Source: Mycolicibacterium xanthum (GTDB lineage: Bacteria > Actinomycetota > Actinomycetes > Mycobacteriales > Mycobacteriaceae). Taken from it: DNA of 32,000 nucleotides. Location of the stretch: assembly GCF_019710635.1 (NCBI RefSeq), contig NZ_JAIFZS010000057.1:3775-35774 (forward strand), read 5' to 3'. The translations under genes and the position numbers were made by a program. A model generated the notes under the pieces. The model did not search any database and had not been told where the DNA came from. It saw only the letters and a list, made by a program, of their open reading frames with translations. Every line of letters starts with the position of its first letter. Within the stretch, counting starts at the first letter, position 1. Shown here one piece after another: positions 26,186 through 32,000 of the stretch.

Positions 26186-26212
26186 CGCGTCGGGCGGCGG
26201 GACCGACAAGCC

Positions 26213-27013
26213 TCAGGCCTGAACGACGATCGGATCACCGATCCGGACGGTGTCGAAGTACCACGCGGCGTTGTCCGGGCTGAGGTTGATGCAGCCGTGG
26301 CTGACGTTGGCGTACCCCTGGGAACCCACCGACCACGGCGCGGAGTGGACGTAGACACCTCCCCAGGTGACCCGGACGGCGTACTCGCCCTTGATCAGGT
26401 AGCCCTCGGGGTCGTCGAGTGGGATCCCGATGGTGCGGGAGTCGAAAGTGATGTTGCGCTCCCTGCTCAGCGCGGTGAACGTGCCGATCGGGGTGGGGTA
26501 CTTCGGCTTGCCCATCGAGGCGGGCATCTGCCGGGCGACCTCGCCGTCGATGCTGACGGTGAACGTGTAGGCGCTCAGGTCGGCCACGGCGACCACCGCG
26601 GAGCCGGTCTGGAAGCTGGTCTGGAACCCGCCGACGGCGACGTTGATCGGTGTGTGCGCGGGGAAGAACTCCGCAGGCGTCCATTGCACGGAGCGATCGT
26701 CGAGCCAGCTGAACGAGCCTTCCGGGGCGCCCGCATCGGCGGCGCCCGCAGGTGTCACCAGGATCTCCTGCTCGGCGGCCGCCCGGTCGGCGACCGGATC
26801 GGCGAACGTCACCGTCACCGGGTGGGCCACGCCGACGGTCTCGCCCGGCGCGGGCGTCACCGCCACCACACCGTCGGGGATCGCGGCGCCCGCCTGCAGG
26901 ATCGGGCCTGCGGTCGAGAAGCCGGCGAGGACGGCCATCGCACCCGTCACGGCCGCGACGCGGATCAGGACACCGCGCAGGCGGTGTGTTTGCTGAAAGC
27001 AAGTGATCGGCAC
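26213..27013 (-). CDS. L,D-transpeptidase (Ig-like domain plus YkuD catalytic domain)
   Basis: 266 aa; 'VTPAPGETVGVAHPVTVTFADPV', 'KPKYPTPIGTFTALSRERNITFDS', 'VRVTWGGVYVHSAPWSVGSQGYANVSHGCINLSPDNAAWYF'. Confidence 0.93.
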   Translation of the reverse strand: MPITCFQQTHRLRGVLIRVAAVTGAMAVLAGFSTAGPILQAGAAIPDGVVAVTPAPGETVGVAHPVTVTFADPVADRAAAEQEILVTPAGAADAGAPEGSFSWLDDRSVQWTPAEFFPAHTPINVAVGGFQTSFQTGSAVVAVADLSAYTFTVSIDGEVARQMPASMGKPKYPTPIGTFTALSRERNITFDSRTIGIPLDDPEGYLIKGEYAVRVTWGGVYVHSAPWSVGSQGYANVSHGCINLSPDNAAWYFDTVRIGDPIVVQA

Positions 27014-27074
27014 GGTCTCATCCTAGTTCGTGATGGCGATTCGGCGTCGATATTGCTGGTCCACGGCCGATCGG

Positions 27075-27089
27075 CGCCGGTGTCCGGCG
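27075..27089 (-). terminator. Stem-loop downstream of the Pr6Pr-like gene
   Basis: CGCCGG-TGT-CCGGCG perfect 6-bp stem; no T-run. Confidence 0.3.
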
Positions 27090-27123
27090 TGCCTGGTCTA
27101 TCGGGGCCGGCGGCCGGATCGTT

Positions 27124-27750
27124 TCACGGCGATTCGGTCCGCAACGGGACCGCAGCCCGGTGCGCGGCCAGCAGCAGGTAGCCGAGCGCCAGCACACAGG
27201 CCGCCAGGGTGCCGACGTTGAGTGCCACGGTGGCCGACCCGACGGTCGCCGGATCGAGGAAGAAGTACGGGGCCCGCCGCCCCGCGGTGTTCAGCACGAG
27301 CAGCGCCAGCGCCAGGTAGCCGGCCGGGTAGATCAGCCACGCCAGCGGCTGCCACCAGGCCACCCTGCTGGCGCCGCGCCCGACCAGCAGCCAGTCGGCC
27401 AGGACCAGCACCGGCACGACCACGTGCAGCAGCAGGTTGGCCACCGTGTAGCCCATGCTGTGGCCGGTCAGGAACAGATTCCAGACCACCCCGGCGGTCA
27501 CGACGTAGAGCACCACCGCGCCCCGCAGGCCCACCCGGGCGTCGGCGCGCGGCCGGGCCAGGGTCCACAGGTAGTACGCGGCGGCCAGCAGGTTGGCCTG
27601 GTAGGTGAAGGTGATCAGCCGCCACCACAGCCCCCACTGCGAGGTCGTCGCGACGACGATCAGCGCGACGAGCACCGCGGTGACGATCGTCAGGCGCAGC
27701 GCCTTGCGCAACACGGCGGCGGCTGGGGCCGGATCGGGCGTGCTCACCAC
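27124..27750 (-). CDS. Pr6Pr-family integral membrane protein
   Basis: 208 aa with about 6 TM segments; 'LWWRLITFTYQANLLAAAYYLWTLARPRAD', 'VWNLFLTGHSMGYTVANLLLHVVVPVLVLADWLLVG'. Confidence 0.7.
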   Translation of the reverse strand: MVSTPDPAPAAAVLRKALRLTIVTAVLVALIVVATTSQWGLWWRLITFTYQANLLAAAYYLWTLARPRADARVGLRGAVVLYVVTAGVVWNLFLTGHSMGYTVANLLLHVVVPVLVLADWLLVGRGASRVAWWQPLAWLIYPAGYLALALLVLNTAGRRAPYFFLDPATVGSATVALNVGTLAACVLALGYLLLAAHRAAVPLRTESP

Positions 27751-27790
27751 GCCGAGCGTATCCGCCGAACCGGGTGGCCGCCCGCGACCG

Positions 27791-29041
27791 CTACGGCAGC
27801 GGCGGGACCGGCGCCGGCGCCACGGGCGGGACCTCGGGAACCGGCTCGCCGCCGACGCCGGCCAGCCGATCGCGGATGCGCTGCAGCAGACCCGGCTGTT
27901 GCTCGGGCACCGGCGGCGGAACCACCTCGCCGGCCGGCGGCGCGGCCTCGATCGGCACCCCGGGTGAGTCGGGAAGCGGCGCCTCGGGCAGCGGCACGTC
28001 GGCCGGGACCTCGGCCGGCACCGCGTCGATGATCGGCGCGGCCTCCTCGAGGGTCACCGGTTCGGCGGCCGGAATCTCCTCGGCGGGGGCCTCCGGAAGC
28101 GCCGGGGCCTCGGGCGCCGGAGCGGGTGCCTGCGGCGCGGGCCGGGACACCGCGACCGGTGTCTGGACCAACGAGTCGGCGGTCGGTCGGGATTGCGCCA
28201 TCGGCTGTTCGGGCCCCAGGTGCAGTGCCACCGCGGCCGACGCCGATGCCACGAACGTCACCGCGCCGGCGGCCAGCATCGCCGCGGGCCAGGCCTGGCC
28301 CACCCGTCGTGCGCCGCGTCGCAGCGCGGACCGCTGCCGACGGCCGTCGGTGGCCCACGCCCCGTGCTCGGCGGGCTGCGCGCACGCCAGCGCGGCGCCC
28401 CGGGCGAGCGCGAGCCCGGCTTCCGGCGGGGCGAACACCGGGACCGAGAGCGCATCCTCGAGTACCGGGGAGAGCCCGTCGAGATCCTCCGCGGATCCGA
28501 CGAGCACGAGCGCCTGCGGTGACCAGTCGGTCTTGGCGAACACCGAACTCAGCCAACCGACCAGGTCCTCCTCGGTCACCACCGTGTGGTTCACCGCGGT
28601 CTGCAGCGCGCCGGTGTCCGCGTGCACCACCATCGCGATCAGCCGGGGGGGCTCGATCACGCACACCGCGGTGGTGTCATACCCCGTCACCTCGGCGATG
28701 CCGCGGGCGAGTGCGTCGGTGGCCTCCGACAACCGCACCGGTACGACGTTGTCGAAACCGGCGTCGTTGAGCGACTTCACCAGCAGCGACGCCTCGACGT
28801 CGGCGTCGTCACTCCAGGTCACACCGATGGAGTGCACCCGCTGTCCCCGGTCGGCGGCGATCGCCTCGGTGCGCCGCACCGCCGCGGTCGCGCGTTCCGA
28901 GGTCTGGGCGGCGCCGGTCGCGCCGTGCCGGTTCACCTCGAACCCTTCGCCGTTCATCGTCGCGCCGTCGGTCTCACACCCGTCCACCAGGACCAGACCG
29001 ACAGCGGACGGCGTCACCGACAAGCCCAGCACCGCGTCCAC
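27791..29041 (-). CDS. Mycobacterial conserved membrane protein (DUF7159-like), possible actin/Hsp70-like N-terminal fold, TM segment and Pro/Ala-rich tail
   Basis: GTG start after GGAG; 'VDAVLGLSVTPSAVGLVLVDG', 'VLVGSAEDLDGLSPVLEDALSVPVFAPPEAGLALARGAALA', TM 'WPAMLAAGAVTFVASASAAVAL'. Confidence 0.7.
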   Translation of the reverse strand: MDAVLGLSVTPSAVGLVLVDGCETDGATMNGEGFEVNRHGATGAAQTSERATAAVRRTEAIAADRGQRVHSIGVTWSDDADVEASLLVKSLNDAGFDNVVPVRLSEATDALARGIAEVTGYDTTAVCVIEPPRLIAMVVHADTGALQTAVNHTVVTEEDLVGWLSSVFAKTDWSPQALVLVGSAEDLDGLSPVLEDALSVPVFAPPEAGLALARGAALACAQPAEHGAWATDGRRQRSALRRGARRVGQAWPAAMLAAGAVTFVASASAAVALHLGPEQPMAQSRPTADSLVQTPVAVSRPAPQAPAPAPEAPALPEAPAEEIPAAEPVTLEEAAPIIDAVPAEVPADVPLPEAPLPDSPGVPIEAAPPAGEVVPPPVPEQQPGLLQRIRDRLAGVGGEPVPEVPPVAPAPVPPLP

Positions 29042-29148
29042 CAAACACTCCTTCGCCGCGCCGCGGCTCTGACCCCCCGCGACGCAATCCCGGGAGACCC
29101 TACCTGTCGGCCACCCCGAATTGCACAACCGTCAGTTGCGGTGCCGGG

Positions 29149-30129
29149 TCATCCGGCCATGATCTCGCGGAACAGCGCCGGCTCGATGTTGCCGCCGGAC
29201 ACCACCGCCACCGTCGGACCCGGCGGCGTCGTCCCCTGCCGGAACCCCGCCAGCGCCACCGCTCCGCTGGGTTCGGCGACCAGGTGGGCTCGCTCGGCGA
29301 GTTCCCGCACCGCCGCGCGGATCTCGTCCTCGGACACCGTGATCATCTCGTCGACGACCCGTTGCAGATGCGCGAACGTCAACGCCGACGGCTGGGAGCG
29401 CAATCCGTCGGCGATCGTGCGGTTGCGGTCCTCGATCGGCCAGTCCACCCGGTGCCCGACGGCCAGCCCCGCGGCCGTGTCGGCGGCCAGTTCGGGCTCG
29501 ACACCGACGATTCTGGCCCGCGGGCACAGCGCCCTGATCGCCACGCCGATGCCGGAGGCCAGGCCTCCCCCGCTGACCGGGACCAGCACCGTGGCGACCC
29601 CGGGCAGGTCCGCGGCGATCTCCAGGCCGACGGTGCCCTGCCCGGCGATCACCAGGGGGTCGTCGAACGGCGCGATCAGCACACCGCCGGTCTGTTCGAG
29701 CACCTGCGCGGCCACCTCCTCACGCCGGCCCGCACCGCACAGCACGACCCGGGCCCCGTGTCCGCGGGTCGCCGCCACCTTGACCGCGGGCGTCTCCTCG
29801 GGCATCACGATGTGCGCGGGCAGCCCGAAGGTGGCCGCGGCGTAGGCGACCGCCTGGGCGTGGTTGCCGCTCGAGTAGGCGACGACCGCGGTGTCTATGC
29901 CCGTAGCCCTGCCCGTATCGATGCCCGCGCCGGCCTCCTCGACCAGGGCGCCGATCGCGTTGAACGCCCCGCGCACCTTGAACGCCCCGATGGGCTGCAG
30001 GCTCTCCGGCTTGAGCCACAGCGCCGGCTCGCGCCCTCCCCACGGCGCCGCCAGAAGTGGGGTGCGCACGACATGCGGGCGGATCCGGTCTGCGGCCGCC
30101 CGGATGTCGTCGATCGTGACGAGGTCCAT
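29149..30129 (-). CDS. PLP-dependent threonine ammonia-lyase / serine-threonine dehydratase family protein
   Basis: 'LWLKPESLQPIGAFKVRGAFNAI' PLP-Lys, 'AYSSGNHAQAVAYAA', 'VPVSGGGLASGIGVAI', 'VAVVSGGNIEP'. Confidence 0.92.
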   Translation of the reverse strand: MDLVTIDDIRAAADRIRPHVVRTPLLAAPWGGREPALWLKPESLQPIGAFKVRGAFNAIGALVEEAGAGIDTGRATGIDTAVVAYSSGNHAQAVAYAAATFGLPAHIVMPEETPAVKVAATRGHGARVVLCGAGRREEVAAQVLEQTGGVLIAPFDDPLVIAGQGTVGLEIAADLPGVATVLVPVSGGGLASGIGVAIRALCPRARIVGVEPELAADTAAGLAVGHRVDWPIEDRNRTIADGLRSQPSALTFAHLQRVVDEMITVSEDEIRAAVRELAERAHLVAEPSGAVALAGFRQGTTPPGPTVAVVSGGNIEPALFREIMAG

Positions 30130-30154
30130 CGGTCCAGTCTTTATGGTCGGGGGC

Positions 30155-30577
30155 GTGAGCGTGTTCTCGATGCCGGTGGTGCCGCGATACGCCGAGGTCC
30201 ACCAGCAGGGCGTGGTTTTCAACGGCCACTACCTGACGTGGTTCGACGAGGCATGCACCGGACTGCTCGACGAGCTCGGGGTGGCCTATCCGGACCTGAT
30301 GTCCGACGGCTACGACTTCATGGTGGTGCACAGCGAGATCGACTTCGCCGGTCCGGTGCGCTGGCGCGACACCGTCTGCGTCACCGCACAGTGCACCGGT
30401 GTCGGTTCCAGCAGCTTCACGATCGGCTTCGGCGTGCTGGCCGGCACCCCGGGTGGCGAGCAGCGGCTCGCGGTGCGCGGCCACAACGTCTACGTCGTGG
30501 TGTCCACCGACGACTGGGCGAAGCGGCCGATCCCGGACGGACTGCGCTCGGCTTTGACACATTCGGCGGGCGGTTGA
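30155..30577 (+). CDS. Hotdog-fold acyl-CoA thioesterase (4HBT-like)
   Basis: 'VPRYAEVHQQGVVFNGHYLTWFDEACTGLL', 'VHSEIDFAGPVRWRDTVCVTAQC'; GTG start chosen. Confidence 0.85.
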   Translation: MSVFSMPVVPRYAEVHQQGVVFNGHYLTWFDEACTGLLDELGVAYPDLMSDGYDFMVVHSEIDFAGPVRWRDTVCVTAQCTGVGSSSFTIGFGVLAGTPGGEQRLAVRGHNVYVVVSTDDWAKRPIPDGLRSALTHSAGG

Positions 30578-30593
30578 GCGGTAGGTTCGTCTC

Positions 30594-31634
30594 ATGGGCC
30601 ACGATCACGATCACCACCGCGAGATTCCGCCCGGGATGGCCGAGCAGCTCGACCTGGCATACGCGGGCGTGACGTCGTTCGGGCACCGGCCGTTCCTGAC
30701 CGAGGTCGAGCAGCTGGATTCGTGGAAACCCGACGTCGCGGTCGTCGGAGCCCCGTTCGACGTCGGCACCACCAACCGTCCCGGTGCCCGGTTCGGGCCG
30801 CGCGCCATCCGCGCGACGGCCTACGAGCCGGGCACCTACCACCTGGATCTCGGGCTGGAGATCTTCGACTGGCTCGAGGTCGTCGACTTCGGTGACGCGT
30901 ACTGCCCGCACGGTCAGACCGAGGTCTCGCACGCCAACATCCGCGAACGGGTGCACGCGATCGCGTCGCGCGGCATCGTGCCCGTGATCCTCGGCGGCGA
31001 TCACTCCATCACCTGGCCGGCGGCGACCGCGGTGGCGGATTTTCACGGGTACGGCAACGTCGGCATCGTCCACTTCGACGCGCACGCCGACACCGCCGAC
31101 GAGATCGAGGGCAACCTGGCCAGCCACGGAACACCGATGCGCCGGCTGATCGAGTCGGGGGCGGTGCCCGGATCGCATTTCGTGCAGGTCGGGCTGCGCG
31201 GCTACTGGCCGCCGCAGGACACCTTCGAGTGGATGCTCGAGCAGCGCATGACCTGGCACACGATGCAGGAGATCTGGGAGCGCGGCTTCAAGGCCGTCAT
31301 GGCCGACGCCGTGGGCGAGGCGCTGGCCAAGGCCGACAAGCTCTACGTCTCGGTGGACATCGACGTACTCGACCCGGCGCACGCCCCGGGTACCGGCACC
31401 CCGGAGCCCGGCGGCATCACCAGCGCCGACCTGCTGCGGATGGTGCGCCAACTGTGCTACGAGCACGACGTCGCCGGTGTGGACGTCGTCGAGGTGGCCC
31501 CGGCCTACGACCACGCCGAGCTGACCGTCAATGCCGCGCACCGGGTGGTGTTCGAGGCGCTGGCGGGCATGGCCGCCAGGCGCCGTGACGCGGCGGGTGA
31601 GGAGCCGGGCCAGCCGGCCCAGTCCTACCGCTGA
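30594..31634 (+). CDS. speB: Agmatinase (ureohydrolase family)
   Basis: 'TSFGHRPFL', 'GGDHSITWP', 'IVHFDAHADTADEI', 'SVDIDVLDPAHAPGTGTPEPGG'; Mn-binding His/Asp pattern intact. Confidence 0.93.
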   Translation: MGHDHDHHREIPPGMAEQLDLAYAGVTSFGHRPFLTEVEQLDSWKPDVAVVGAPFDVGTTNRPGARFGPRAIRATAYEPGTYHLDLGLEIFDWLEVVDFGDAYCPHGQTEVSHANIRERVHAIASRGIVPVILGGDHSITWPAATAVADFHGYGNVGIVHFDAHADTADEIEGNLASHGTPMRRLIESGAVPGSHFVQVGLRGYWPPQDTFEWMLEQRMTWHTMQEIWERGFKAVMADAVGEALAKADKLYVSVDIDVLDPAHAPGTGTPEPGGITSADLLRMVRQLCYEHDVAGVDVVEVAPAYDHAELTVNAAHRVVFEALAGMAARRRDAAGEEPGQPAQSYR

Positions 31635-31644
31635 CTCAGGTCTT

Positions 31645-31663
31645 GGCCGGGCTGAACCCGGCC
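31645..31663 (+). terminator. Stem-loop downstream of the agmatinase gene
   Basis: GGCCGGG-CTGAA-CCCGGCC perfect 7-bp stem, 10 nt after the stop. Confidence 0.45.
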
Positions 31664-31712
31664 CTGGCGGCATGGGCCCGGGGGCAGGTCACCGCCCGGG
31701 AAGGTCTCCTGC

Positions 31713-31841
31713 ATGATGAATTTCGAGAACCGCAGCAGCATCATCTCGCGACGTCGCCCGGATATGCCGGTGCGATCCGCAACTATCGTGGAGGGGTACA
31801 CGCCCCGACCTCGTCACCCACCACTGGAGGTATGCCGATGA
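31713..31841 (+). other. Candidate small ORF (42 aa) overlapping the next start codon
   Basis: MMNFENRSSIISRRRPDMPVRSATIVEGYTPRPRHPPLEVCR, ending with TGA at 31839-31841 inside ATGA. No strong RBS. Confidence 0.25.
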
Positions 31842-32000
31842 CGACACCTGACCGCAGCCCGTTCGGTGACGCCACCGAGGCCGACGTGGCAGAGCAGCAC
31901 AGCCCCGTCGGCGACGCCGGCGACGACGACACCTGGAGCGACGCCGCGAAGGTCGGCACCGACCGGGGGTGGCAGGCCGACGAGGCGGACCTGATCGAGC
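31838..32000 (+). CDS. Acidic hypothetical protein, N-terminal part (truncated by window edge)
   Basis: GGAGG 7 nt upstream of the ATG; MTTPDRSPFGDATEADVAEQHSPVGDAGDDDTWSDAAKVGTDRGWQADEADLIE... Confidence 0.65.
   Translation, partial: MTTPDRSPFGDATEADVAEQHSPVGDAGDDDTWSDAAKVGTDRGWQADEADLIE

Noticed and set aside
26297-27181. 294-aa plus-strand ORF opposite the L,D-transpeptidase gene
   Set aside because: No domain signature; the minus-strand frame carries the HGCINLS catalytic motif.
1-32000. CRISPR arrays, tRNA/rRNA genes, prophage, toxin-antitoxin or restriction systems
   Set aside because: I looked and saw no spaced direct repeats, no recognisable RNA genes and no signature proteins of these systems.

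Overview
This is a high-GC window that looks like a mycobacterial (Mycolicibacterium-type) chromosome. Evidence includes an LpqH-like lipoprotein, a CYP125-like P450, a FabG3-like steroid SDR, an Ig-type L,D-transpeptidase, and a TetR plus molybdopterin oxidoreductase pair. I call about 36 protein-coding genes or fragments and see no rRNA, tRNA, CRISPR array, integrase or transposase. Most of the window is ordinary chromosomal content. Items worth a second look: (1) a translationally coupled RR-PP2C / CHASE3-type histidine kinase / CheY-like response regulator module at 1678-4888, with an RsbW-like and STAS pair about 11 kb away; (2) two sites that exactly fit the published KstR consensus TnnAACnnGTTnnA, one between a steroid-dehydrogenase-like SDR and a divergent reductase, the other in front of a nitronate monooxygenase, with a CYP125-like P450 nearby; (3) an amidase gene split into N- and C-terminal remnants around a ~0.65 kb segment encoding a small exported protein followed by a 16-bp-stem hairpin; (4) a truncated YCII-like remnant beside an LpqH-like gene; (5) several inverted repeats at divergent promoters; (6) a small ORF overlapping the last gene by ATGA. 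I did not find a convincing wholly new multi-gene system. Family calls rest on motif recognition from memory, not on database searches.
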